This document shows, in pieces, positions 41,601 to 50,022 of a stretch of 64,000 nt of DNA; the stretch's first letter is position 1; every line of letters starts with the position of its first letter. Source of the stretch: a virus; the IMG/VR virus record IMGVR_UViG_3300046002_008717, positions 1-64,000 of that record, one strand, 5' to 3'. A model generated the notes under the pieces. That model did no database searches. It was not told the DNA's origin and worked only from the letters and a program-made list of their open reading frames with translations. Made by a program: the position numbers and the translations under genes.

Positions 41601-42873
41601 AGGAACTTCTGGAACTAGTGGTAGTGGTGCTGCTGGAAGTAGTGGTACATCGGGTACATCATCCGGAGGGGGTTATATATTTACTAACGATGGAGGTCTT
41701 ACTTCAACAGGAACAACACAAGGTACTGCATTAGCATTAACTGCTAAGGTAAATTCAATAACAACGGTCGCACTAGATTCTGGGGTTATATTACCAAGTG
41801 CAGTAACAGATGATTTTATAACAGTTATAAATCATGGCGTTAATATATTAGATGTATATCCAGCTACTGGTGAAACCGTTGAAGGAGGAGCTGCTAATAT
41901 ACCATTTTTACTATACCCCGGGCAAGCATTCAGGGCAGGAGTAAGCACTACTGGTGCTTGGGATGGTGTAGATGTTAATCCTTATGATGATGAGAATGGT
42001 ATATTATCGATGAGATCATTATCTACTAATCCATCTACACCACCAAGTGGGACTTTATATTTATACCCAAAATCAATAGGGGGAAGAATATTACCTACAT
42101 TTGCTGCTCCATCAGGATTGGAATCTTCATTACAACCCAATTTGGGTAGAAATAGATCTATTTGGTGGCAACCTCTGGGTAATGCAACTACTGTACCTAT
42201 TACAACAGGTATTGCTGCAGCTACTGCATTAGGTACTGCAACTACTAGAACTGTTGCAGTAACCAATATAGCTACTAGAATTAAACGTCTTGGGTATGTT
42301 TCTGCGACTACTCCTGCAGGATCTATGGCGGGTCATTATTGGAGTTCAGCAGGTTCACAATTTACTACTGGTAACGGATCAGGTTTAGGTGGTTTTACTT
42401 ACTTTGAAAGAATTGTTGTATCTGATGCAAGTGCAGTGTCCGGTGCCAGGATGTTCATAGGCATGACTTCATCAACAGCTGCAGCAACAAATGTGGAACC
42501 GAGTACTATAACTAACTGTATGGGATTTGGGCAATTGTCAACAGATGCAACACAGTGGTATTTCTTCTATGGTGGTTCTTCTGCTCAAACACCCATTGCT
42601 ATGGGTACTGGATTAGGTGCACCTACACTTACAAATACCGCTTGGGATATTGCGATATTTGCTTTTCCTGGCACTGCAGGTAAAATAGGATACGAGATTA
42701 AAAATCTTAGTACTGGAACTTCGGTAGAAGCTACATTAACATTAACAATAACTACTCAAATACCAGCATCGACCACATTATTATCGCCAAGAGCATGGAG
42801 AACTATTAACGCAACAACTGGCGTAGCAGTTGGATTAGATATTTGTTCAATGTATATAGAAACAGACCAATAA
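38623..42873 (+). CDS. Long virion fibre with two Gly-Thr-Ser triplet arrays
   Basis: 1416 aa; GTS/GAN/GLT arrays; shares a roughly 90-aa module with 32314..37131; beta-rich C-terminal head. Confidence 0.8.
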   Translation: MANFSYFYNLAVQPENLYNNIFTNLTVYPTKLYYDLMTFDIEIVFDFSLSAPQQVILEDTVNNSPPKDPNDAIFSGVIANTYNKVTITQPANNASLTISDGKTLSVPLDAWVSNTNTGDQDSTTLYLAGLTGSTYSSLQDLQNLFHSTGWINGGDITDAGSGLITVTGGQGAIRGIDSELAIIYFSDFPASSPSDVILTDLSDNYIYVEYNAGSPRIVATDIARNDNNTNFLLGIVYRNASVLNVNQGIRFGVKDKNHESLIGLQGGTAGEHIHLTAAEYALIGIGGTSGTSGSSGTSGTSGSSGTSGANGTSGSSGTSGTSGSSGTSGANGTSGTSGSSGTSGANGTSGTSGSSGTSGANGTSGTSGSSGTSGANGTSGSSGTSGTSGSSGTSGANGTSGTSGSSGTSGANGTSGANGTSGTSGTSGTSGANGTSGTSGSSGTSGANGTSGSSGTSGANGTSGTSGSSGTSGANGTSGSSGTSGANGTSGSSGTSGTSGTSGANGTSGTSGSSGTSGTSGANGTSGTSGANGTSGSSGTSGTSGANGTSGTSGLSGTSGTSGINGTSGTSGLSGTSGTSGINGTSGSSGTSGLPGDKYATTSTTSLTIATGAQSLTVGLGLAYTTGQSLVIANTSVNRMEGTVGTYNPTNGSLTGTITVIFGSGTFSSWEVNLGGAQGADGSSGISGSSGTSGSSGTSGANGTSGTSGTSGTSGINGTSGSSGTSGLSGTSGSSGTSGINGTSGSSGTSGSSGTSGISGTSGTSGANGTSGTSGINGTSGSSGTSGANGTSGTSGINGTSGTSGINGTSGTSGTSGINGTSGSSGTSGANGTSGTSGTSGTSGINGTSGTSGTSGANGTSGTSGINGTSGTSGLTGTSGTSGLTGTSGTSGLTGTSGTSGLTGTSGTSGLTGTSGSSGTSGLTGTSGSSGTSGLTGTSGTSGTSGLNGTSGTSGLNGTSGTSGLNGTSGTSGLTGTSGTSGLTGTSGTSGLTGTSGTSGSGAAGSSGTSGTSSGGGYIFTNDGGLTSTGTTQGTALALTAKVNSITTVALDSGVILPSAVTDDFITVINHGVNILDVYPATGETVEGGAANIPFLLYPGQAFRAGVSTTGAWDGVDVNPYDDENGILSMRSLSTNPSTPPSGTLYLYPKSIGGRILPTFAAPSGLESSLQPNLGRNRSIWWQPLGNATTVPITTGIAAATALGTATTRTVAVTNIATRIKRLGYVSATTPAGSMAGHYWSSAGSQFTTGNGSGLGGFTYFERIVVSDASAVSGARMFIGMTSSTAAATNVEPSTITNCMGFGQLSTDATQWYFFYGGSSAQTPIAMGTGLGAPTLTNTAWDIAIFAFPGTAGKIGYEIKNLSTGTSVEATLTLTITTQIPASTTLLSPRAWRTINATTGVAVGLDICSMYIETDQ
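39478..40410 (+). repeat. 9-nt-period G-X-Y array
   Basis: Directly visible; boundaries approximate. Confidence 0.9.
40645..41673 (+). repeat. 9-nt-period G-X-Y array
   Basis: Directly visible; boundaries approximate. Confidence 0.9.
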
Positions 42874-42887
42874 AAAAAAATAATAAT

Positions 42888-43211
42888 ATGAAATACTTTA
42901 TGACTCAGGGTGGCTATGTAGTAAACGAAAACGGTATAGTTATACCCATGGATGAAGATTCACCTTTATATCCAGATTACGCAACTTATGTATTAGGTGG
43001 TAATTCAGTGGATTTTACTGATTATATAACCTCAGAAGAAATAGAAGATTCTAAGATTAAAATTAGAAAAGAATATAGCTATAGAATATCTAATATAGAG
43101 GGATTTCAAGAAGCATTAGAAAGAAAAATATTAGATGGCACAGAAATACCACAAAATATACTGGATGAAAGAGAATCACTTAGAATAGAATATAGAGATA
43201 GAATTGGATAA
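42888..43211 (+). CDS. Putative tail-fibre assembly chaperone
   Basis: Small acidic protein directly after the fibre; IPMDEDSPLYPDY..Y...GN and C-terminal ERESLR pattern. Confidence 0.5.
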   Translation: MKYFMTQGGYVVNENGIVIPMDEDSPLYPDYATYVLGGNSVDFTDYITSEEIEDSKIKIRKEYSYRISNIEGFQEALERKILDGTEIPQNILDERESLRIEYRDRIG

Positions 43212-43215
43212 AATC

Positions 43216-43244
43216 GAAACAATTCATATTTACTTTAGTATAAT
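43216..43244 (+). promoter_or_regulatory. GAAAC-N18-TATAAT promoter
   Basis: Matches the recurring motif; 20 nt upstream of ATG 43265. Confidence 0.65.
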
Positions 43245-43264
43245 ACTTAAATATAAATATAAAT

Positions 43265-43540
43265 ATGTCAGAAACAGTAAAATTACCGGAAGAACTCGTA
43301 TTACAAATACAAGCATTAAAAGATGAATTAACGGAGAATATTATAAGAATAGGAAGATTAAATGTACAAAAATCTTTTTATGAAAAAGATTTAATAGCAT
43401 TAAATGAAGAATTATCATTTCTATATGATCAAGCAGATTTACTAAATACTAAAGAGTCAGATTTACAAAAATTGGTTATAGGTGAATATGGAAATGGCTC
43501 GTTAGATACAGGAAGTGGTTTATATACAAAAACCGAATAG
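43265..43540 (+). CDS. Small coiled-coil hypothetical protein
   Basis: 91 aa with heptad pattern ending EYGNGSLDTGSG. Confidence 0.65.
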   Translation: MSETVKLPEELVLQIQALKDELTENIIRIGRLNVQKSFYEKDLIALNEELSFLYDQADLLNTKESDLQKLVIGEYGNGSLDTGSGLYTKTE

Positions 43541-43552
43541 AAATATACACTC

Positions 43553-43590
43553 AAAAAAAAAGATAATATGTAAATATTATCTTTTTTTTT
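43553..43590. terminator. Bidirectional terminator between convergent operons
   Basis: aaaaaaaaagataatat-gtaa-atattatcttttttttt. Confidence 0.88.
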
Positions 43591-43591
43591 G

Positions 43592-45727
43592 TTATTTTAT
43601 TAAATGCTGAATTTGTTTTATAACACTTTCTCCCGTTATAGCTTTATGACATTCGAATTGTTTTTCCGTATTTTTATGCTCAGGACACCAATTCCAATCA
43701 CCTTTATCAAACTTAAAATCCGGATTATTCCAGCATCCGTGGCATACCGATTCATCTATAATTCTAGTACAATTACTAATAAACTCGTGATCTTTTTCAG
43801 TAAAATTTGAAATCATAACAACGTGTTTATTTAAAGCCCATGCTAACCAAGAAAGACCACTGGATAATCCTATAAAAAATTCGCTATGATGTATGCAATT
43901 CATAGTATTCGTAATTGATGTATCTTTTAATTGAGTTACGTTTTTTAAATTCCCCGGGGATTTCGAAATATTAATTATCTTATATCCTCTAGCTACTAGA
44001 TAATCAACTAATACTTGCCAACCGGTTTCATTATTCCATAATTTTAATCCTGCAGTTGATTCATTAGCAATCGTAATATATTTTTTGGCTGATGGATTTT
44101 TAAGCGGTATAAAATCAATTTTAGGTTTTATTTCTTTGAAATCTAATCCTAGTATATTTGTTGCTGTTTTCTGCAATGGTATAGTACTAGGTAAAACCGG
44201 TTCTTTTTTATCATCATAAAACCATCCGATTCTATACATAGCAAATAAATCATTTACTATTATGCTAGGATCAACGAATTCCAATTCAGGATATGATTTT
44301 TTAAATAATTTATTCCAGAAAGTTGATACTACAATATCACATTTATGCTTATTCTTAAATTCCAATACATATGGAATCCAGCATATAGTATCGCCCAAAG
44401 AACTAGATTCAAAAGATATAAATACTTTTTTATTTTCTAAATTCATAGAATATGAATATACCAATTCATTATTTTTATTTCTGATCTTAATTCTCCAATC
44501 TGTATAATATTCTCTTGAGAGTTTTGTCCACATATTTGGGGTCATTTCACAAGTATGATATAGCGTATTATCATCATAGAAATCTACAGTATATTTTTCA
44601 TCCACATTACCAATTATTTCAAAAAATGGATTATTAACGAAATGCATATTATATTTTAGAGGTGCAGATATAGAATTATAATTTAGATCTTTATTAAATA
44701 TATTTTTTTCTATTTGAGTATTTTCTATGTTAGCTATTAATAGATTTCTAGTATCTTCAGATGTATATTCTTTTTTTATTATATTAACAACAGAATACAT
44801 CTTTAACATTCTTTTACATATTATGCTCCAATCAAATTTAACTATATTTAGCTGCGTTTGATCCGCATAATATTTATAGTTATCAAGGATTTCTTTAATT
44901 GCTAATGTAACGGATTCAGTATTTCTTTCCACTATTATCATACCATTAATTTTCTGTGATCCCTCATATGTACCAACTACTGGTAATCCGCAAGCTACCG
45001 CTTCCAATAATGTTAAATTTGGATGTCCAGCTTCGAGTACAGATGGATGTAGAAAAATTGAGTGGCTTCGGTATAGTTCTAAAATATCATCCTCCACTAA
45101 ATTATTAGTAATCAATGTTAGTTTATCATATTCCAACAAATCTTTATGGTGTTCAAAAAATAATTTATTATTTTCAGGCCCAGCTATAGTTATTGGCAAA
45201 TCTAATTTTTTAGCTGCCTCTATTGCATATCTAAATCCTTTTCTATCAAATGATGAATCCCCGCCTATTCCATTATTTGCTATACATAATAACCTATGAT
45301 CATTTCTATATAATACAGAAGGATTAAAGTATCCGGTTTCTACCCCATGAGATAAATAGAAAAGTTTATCGGTTTCTTCAAAAAAATCTACAAGAAATTC
45401 TGCATGCGTGAAAGATATTACAGATCCCCGGATTGCTTCCAAATTTTGATCATATACAAATGTATTTTTACCGTAATATACAACATGATGATCATGCAGT
45501 GAAAATATATAAGGTATTCCTTTTTTTGCTGCTTCTATTGCTAAATTTGCAATATGTATATGTACTATATCAGTATTATTTATATCAACATCATTTAAAT
45601 ATTTAATGTCGCATTCGTTTCCTAATATTTTTAATTCCTTTGTATAATTCCATATAACTTTCTCTACTGCACCCCATCCATTCGGAGGAATTGATATCAT
45701 GCCTGGCGTTACCTGTGTTATTTTCAT
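43592..45727 (-). CDS. GT4-like glycosyltransferase fused to a TibC/AAH (autotransporter heptosyltransferase)-like domain
   Basis: N-terminal IPPNGWGAVEK, RKG, LEAVACGLPVV; C-terminal SSSLGDTICWIPY, FIGLSSGLSWLAWAL, CHGCWN...FDKGDWNWCP...FECHKAI. Confidence 0.85.
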   Translation of the reverse strand: MKITQVTPGMISIPPNGWGAVEKVIWNYTKELKILGNECDIKYLNDVDINNTDIVHIHIANLAIEAAKKGIPYIFSLHDHHVVYYGKNTFVYDQNLEAIRGSVISFTHAEFLVDFFEETDKLFYLSHGVETGYFNPSVLYRNDHRLLCIANNGIGGDSSFDRKGFRYAIEAAKKLDLPITIAGPENNKLFFEHHKDLLEYDKLTLITNNLVEDDILELYRSHSIFLHPSVLEAGHPNLTLLEAVACGLPVVGTYEGSQKINGMIIVERNTESVTLAIKEILDNYKYYADQTQLNIVKFDWSIICKRMLKMYSVVNIIKKEYTSEDTRNLLIANIENTQIEKNIFNKDLNYNSISAPLKYNMHFVNNPFFEIIGNVDEKYTVDFYDDNTLYHTCEMTPNMWTKLSREYYTDWRIKIRNKNNELVYSYSMNLENKKVFISFESSSLGDTICWIPYVLEFKNKHKCDIVVSTFWNKLFKKSYPELEFVDPSIIVNDLFAMYRIGWFYDDKKEPVLPSTIPLQKTATNILGLDFKEIKPKIDFIPLKNPSAKKYITIANESTAGLKLWNNETGWQVLVDYLVARGYKIINISKSPGNLKNVTQLKDTSITNTMNCIHHSEFFIGLSSGLSWLAWALNKHVVMISNFTEKDHEFISNCTRIIDESVCHGCWNNPDFKFDKGDWNWCPEHKNTEKQFECHKAITGESVIKQIQHLIK

Positions 45728-45737
45728 TGTTAATTAT

Positions 45738-46730
45738 TTATGTAAATTGTATAATCCCATTTATTATGGATCTAGCATTTATGTCTTTATCTAGAGTATA
45801 TGTTTTTGTAATTTCGATTTCATTATTAGAATCATAAACACTAATATCCAATACGTCATTATTTATAGTAAAATTTCTATATGCCCAATAGTTACATATT
45901 ATTATTTGATCCTCTACTATAATATCATTTATTTTAATTACTAAGTGTTTATTTTCATTTGAATTATTATGATAATATAATACAGGAATAGATGGATCTT
46001 TTATATTATATAGCAATTCGACAATAAAGTTCTCGATCCTTAATATATTAATTTCGCTTTTTGCAAAATACTCGCTCGAATGTTCATCTATAATTAAAAA
46101 ATCGGATTCATATTTTTCTAATTTATCCAAAAATGCCAATTCTAATGTAAATTCCATTTGAGTATTATACCATTCATCTATATTAGTTGGGAGTTCAAAT
46201 ACTCTATTAAAATAAGATGGTGTTATACCAAAAAATTGGGTTTCATAAACTAATGAATTTTTACTTCTATCCCTAGTTTCTGTTGTAAAATTTTTAGGTT
46301 TAAAGAAAATACACTTTTTGTTATTTAATATCATTTCATCAAGAAGGGAATTTAATAATAATACGTCACTAGATTCAAATACATTATCATTTTCACTAAA
46401 ATATACAAAATCGTATTTTTTAATCTCTGAAAATTTAAAAGCATTATACATATTCTGACATATTGGCAACCCGTGGCTTTGATTATATACTTTTATAAAG
46501 AAAGCATCTAAGCTGCTCCAATAATACGGTGAAATATCTCGGGGTGTCAATGTTTGATTTTTATCAAAAATATAATAATCTATCATATTTTGTATTTCCG
46601 ATGACACCGGATAATGGCTAACCACCATTATATCAAATCCTATATTTTTTAAAGATAATATTTCTCTCTTTAATATATTCTCTTTCTTAGCTGTATTAGG
46701 ATATGCACCTATTACTATTAATTTTTTCAT
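45738..46730 (-). CDS. Putative GT-A-like glycosyltransferase (unnamed repeated domain)
   Basis: IVIGAYPNT...VVSHYPV...DYYIFDKN and SEND motif; paralogous to domains in two neighbours. Confidence 0.55.
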   Translation of the reverse strand: MKKLIVIGAYPNTAKKENILKREILSLKNIGFDIMVVSHYPVSSEIQNMIDYYIFDKNQTLTPRDISPYYWSSLDAFFIKVYNQSHGLPICQNMYNAFKFSEIKKYDFVYFSENDNVFESSDVLLLNSLLDEMILNNKKCIFFKPKNFTTETRDRSKNSLVYETQFFGITPSYFNRVFELPTNIDEWYNTQMEFTLELAFLDKLEKYESDFLIIDEHSSEYFAKSEINILRIENFIVELLYNIKDPSIPVLYYHNNSNENKHLVIKINDIIVEDQIIICNYWAYRNFTINNDVLDISVYDSNNEIEITKTYTLDKDINARSIINGIIQFT

Positions 46731-48448
46731 CCTTTATGAAAAGTTTTATATTCCTTATCTATCAATGAATATCCATCAGCCTGAGTGGTAATTCTATTTT
46801 TCAATATACCCATATTAGTTCCACCGAATATTATATTAAAAAATGTATCCATACAATCCCATTTAGCTAATCTAAGTTTTTCCAATAGAAATTCTCTAGA
46901 TTTTAAAGGAAACATTATACACTGTAATCCTATTATTTTATTAGTAATAAATAATAAATTCTGGCCTGGTATTTCTTTGATTATATCTGATTGCTCCCAC
47001 CTAAAATCAAGTGTTTTTGTATCACCAAATGAAAAATACGTAATACCTTCTCTGTTCACTATATCGCACACCTCGTTAACTTTAGCAATAAAATCCATCA
47101 TTTCCGTTTCTATTATACAATCTCCCTCACATACCATAAGAAAATCTAGATCCTTATCAAATTCTGACATTATGCCAATTTTAAATGATTCAAAACATCC
47201 ATAATGTGAAGGTGTTAATGCCTTTCCGTATTCTGGATCGCCTATGCTATATTTTTCCATCCTTACATTATGTGGTCTTAATGAAGTATGCAATGGCGGT
47301 AATGAAGTATATACTGGATTTTGGTGCAAAACGTATTCTATACCATAATCAATTACATTTTCTAATGACTTTCTTGAATGTATTTCCCTATCATCATTAT
47401 TCGTAGTCTGTAGATGTAATAATTTAATTTTATGCTTTCTTTTATTGGTATTTACTAAATAGCAAGCTTTTTTTAGCTTATCTATGTTAGAATTATCAAC
47501 TTTTAAAGTAAATTTATTTTTTTCAGTTTTTATGCTTAAATCGAAAAAACTTTTACCCAAATTATATGAATACCAATTATTACCTTTCACTTTTATATTA
47601 TCTTCCTTGCCGTTTATAGTAACTATGATATCATCACTAAATGATGCTGCTATATAAAGTTCAAATGTATTATTTTCCGGATTCCAGACAACAAAATAAT
47701 TTGTTAGATCTAATGTTGATATTAGATCTATAGTTTCCCTACTATTTTTAAATAGCGTTATTTTGCCATCATTATTTGCTATATTATCAACAACTACGAT
47801 TTTATCCGAATCTTTAGAAAAATATTCATAATAAAATGTTTCTAAACAAAGACCCTTTAAATGTGAAGTTCTATCGATCCAATCTCGCTTGGAAATAAAT
47901 TTAGGTATGGTTGATAGATAAAAATCTAAATTCATATAGAAATATAATGTTTGATAACCGTTGAATGAATTTAGACGTAAATCTTCGAAATAAGCTTTTT
48001 TATTTAATTCGACCATTGATTTATCAAACTCTATTAAAACCTCTATGTCACCATCATTTAAAATAGAATCACCTACAAAAAAATGTATATTATCGTATCC
48101 TAATTGTTTCAAATATATAAAATTCTTATCAAATTGTCTTATTATTGAATATGTTACATCAAATGTATTAATGCCCTTACCTACTAGTTTAAAATTTTTT
48201 GTTGTATATGTTTGGTTTGAAAAGATATTCATTTTTTTGCTATCCAATATTTCTTGGAATGTGATTATATCGTTTTCATTATTATACAGCGAAAATGTAC
48301 ATATTTCTTGTATGCGTTCATCTATAGGTACTAATGATGTATAAATAACATCTTTACCAGTCTTTTTTAATTGCGATATACAATCTAGTACTATATTAAC
48401 TTTTTCTTCAGTATCTGCCCAAAAATTAACTACTATACAATTTTTCAT
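46727..48448 (-). CDS. Two-domain protein: repeated GT-A-like domain plus GT25-like domain
   Basis: N-terminal paralog domain; C-terminal HYGCFESF...LMVCEGDC...TQADGYSLID. Confidence 0.6.
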   Translation of the reverse strand: MKNCIVVNFWADTEEKVNIVLDCISQLKKTGKDVIYTSLVPIDERIQEICTFSLYNNENDIITFQEILDSKKMNIFSNQTYTTKNFKLVGKGINTFDVTYSIIRQFDKNFIYLKQLGYDNIHFFVGDSILNDGDIEVLIEFDKSMVELNKKAYFEDLRLNSFNGYQTLYFYMNLDFYLSTIPKFISKRDWIDRTSHLKGLCLETFYYEYFSKDSDKIVVVDNIANNDGKITLFKNSRETIDLISTLDLTNYFVVWNPENNTFELYIAASFSDDIIVTINGKEDNIKVKGNNWYSYNLGKSFFDLSIKTEKNKFTLKVDNSNIDKLKKACYLVNTNKRKHKIKLLHLQTTNNDDREIHSRKSLENVIDYGIEYVLHQNPVYTSLPPLHTSLRPHNVRMEKYSIGDPEYGKALTPSHYGCFESFKIGIMSEFDKDLDFLMVCEGDCIIETEMMDFIAKVNEVCDIVNREGITYFSFGDTKTLDFRWEQSDIIKEIPGQNLLFITNKIIGLQCIMFPLKSREFLLEKLRLAKWDCMDTFFNIIFGGTNMGILKNRITTQADGYSLIDKEYKTFHKG

Positions 48449-48454
48449 TTTTTA

Positions 48455-48871
48455 TTAATGCTCTAAGTTATTTCTCATCGTTATACACTCATTTATAAAT
48501 CCATTTCTTTCATAAAAATTAACTCTATCAGGAAAACATGAAAGTATAACCTTATAGCAACCAAGATCTTTTGCTTTTTTTATTAATGCATCTAGTAATT
48601 TGCTACCTATATCGTTTCCTCTATATTTTTCTCTAATAGCGACATCCTCTATTAAACCTGCTATTCCCCCGTTACGTATTAATTTATTTTCTATGTGTAA
48701 AATGCCTGTTCCTATTATATCATTTTCATGTTCAACCACTAACATATGGTTATTATTGGATAGAAAGCTATTAAGTGTAAAATCGCTTATTTCTGAAATA
48801 GACCAAACCTCTTTATATGTTTCTAATAGCCCATTATCTATATCCTCTTTTTTAAAATCTCTAATTATCAT
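48455..48871 (-). CDS. GNAT acetyltransferase, glucosamine-6-phosphate N-acetyltransferase (GNA1)-like
   Basis: IENKLIRNGG..GLIEDVAI...YRG..IG..L...L...A...GCYKVILSC......FYERNGF. Confidence 0.82.
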   Translation of the reverse strand: MIIRDFKKEDIDNGLLETYKEVWSISEISDFTLNSFLSNNNHMLVVEHENDIIGTGILHIENKLIRNGGIAGLIEDVAIREKYRGNDIGSKLLDALIKKAKDLGCYKVILSCFPDRVNFYERNGFINECITMRNNLEH

Positions 48872-50022
48872 ATGTATAATTTATATCCTTCTATTACTTT
48901 ATTAGCTACGTATTTTACCTCATCATCAGATAATTTCATATGCAAAGGTAATGATATTATTTCCTCGCTTATCCCATGTGAATATGGACAAGTTCCATAC
49001 CCATCGCTATACATTTTATAATGGGTATTATCTCTATAATGAACTCCTGGATATATGTTTTGTGTATTTAGATATTCCATGATTTTATTTCTATTTGGAA
49101 CTACAATCTGATATAAATGTCTAGATGAAACTATAGTTTCTTTACTAGTCTTTATAGATTTTATTGCAGTATTTTTAAAGAAATCATCATATAGTGAACA
49201 TATTTTTCGTCTTCTTATATTATCATCTTCCAGATATTTCAATCCAACTATTCCCATGGAAGCCATTATAGAATTTCCGTGATATTTATAACCAACATCA
49301 ACTAATTCATATTCCCATTTATAGCTTCCCTTATCATTGGTTCTTTGATACGTATCCTTGTCTATACCAAGCCAAGATAGTTTTCTTGCTACTGAATCAT
49401 AGTCATCATTTTTAAAACATATCATACCAGAATCAGCAGTTGGCAAATTCTTAACTGCTTGAAAGCTAAATATAGTAACGTCAGCATTATCACCTATATG
49501 AACAACATCCCCTTTATAATCTAATATTCTTGTCCCCGCCATATGTGCAGCATCCAGAATCAATTTGATCTTGTATTTTTTACATATATCTACAATTTTA
49601 GAATATTGCCCTGCATTTCCACCCATGCCTACAAATAAAACGGCTTTTGTTTTCTTTGTAATTCTTTTTTCTACTGATTCAGGATCCAAACATAAAAATT
49701 CATCCACATCAGCAAATATAGGTTTTAAATTCTCGTATAATATTGCATGATTGGTTGATATAAATGTTAATGGGGTTGTAATAATTTCATCACCATCTGA
49801 CCATTTATTAGCATCTTTCAATATCTTAACAGCCAGATGTAATCCGGAAGTATTAGAATTTAAAAAATGCGCATTTGGTAGATTTGTGTATTTTTTCCAA
49901 GCTTCCTCAAACTCTATAGTTTTATAACCTAATCCAGTCCATCCTTTATCTAAACATTCATTAATCTGTTCAGTAATTTCCTCGTTTCTAAAATAAGGAA
50001 CAAATAAATTTATATTATTCAT
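48868..50022 (-). CDS. DegT/DnrJ/EryC1/StrS sugar aminotransferase
   Basis: NSNTSGLHLA, GDEIITTPLTFIST, LDAAH, FSFQAVKNL, GVHY, ISLPLH. Confidence 0.93.
   Translation of the reverse strand: MNNINLFVPYFRNEEITEQINECLDKGWTGLGYKTIEFEEAWKKYTNLPNAHFLNSNTSGLHLAVKILKDANKWSDGDEIITTPLTFISTNHAILYENLKPIFADVDEFLCLDPESVEKRITKKTKAVLFVGMGGNAGQYSKIVDICKKYKIKLILDAAHMAGTRILDYKGDVVHIGDNADVTIFSFQAVKNLPTADSGMICFKNDDYDSVARKLSWLGIDKDTYQRTNDKGSYKWEYELVDVGYKYHGNSIMASMGIVGLKYLEDDNIRRRKICSLYDDFFKNTAIKSIKTSKETIVSSRHLYQIVVPNRNKIMEYLNTQNIYPGVHYRDNTHYKMYSDGYGTCPYSHGISEEIISLPLHMKLSDDEVKYVANKVIEGYKLYI

Noticed and set aside
33217-41673. Repeat arrays as CRISPR or non-coding satellite
   Set aside because: In-frame coding triplets with synonymous variation; no constant repeat plus unique spacer structure and no cas genes
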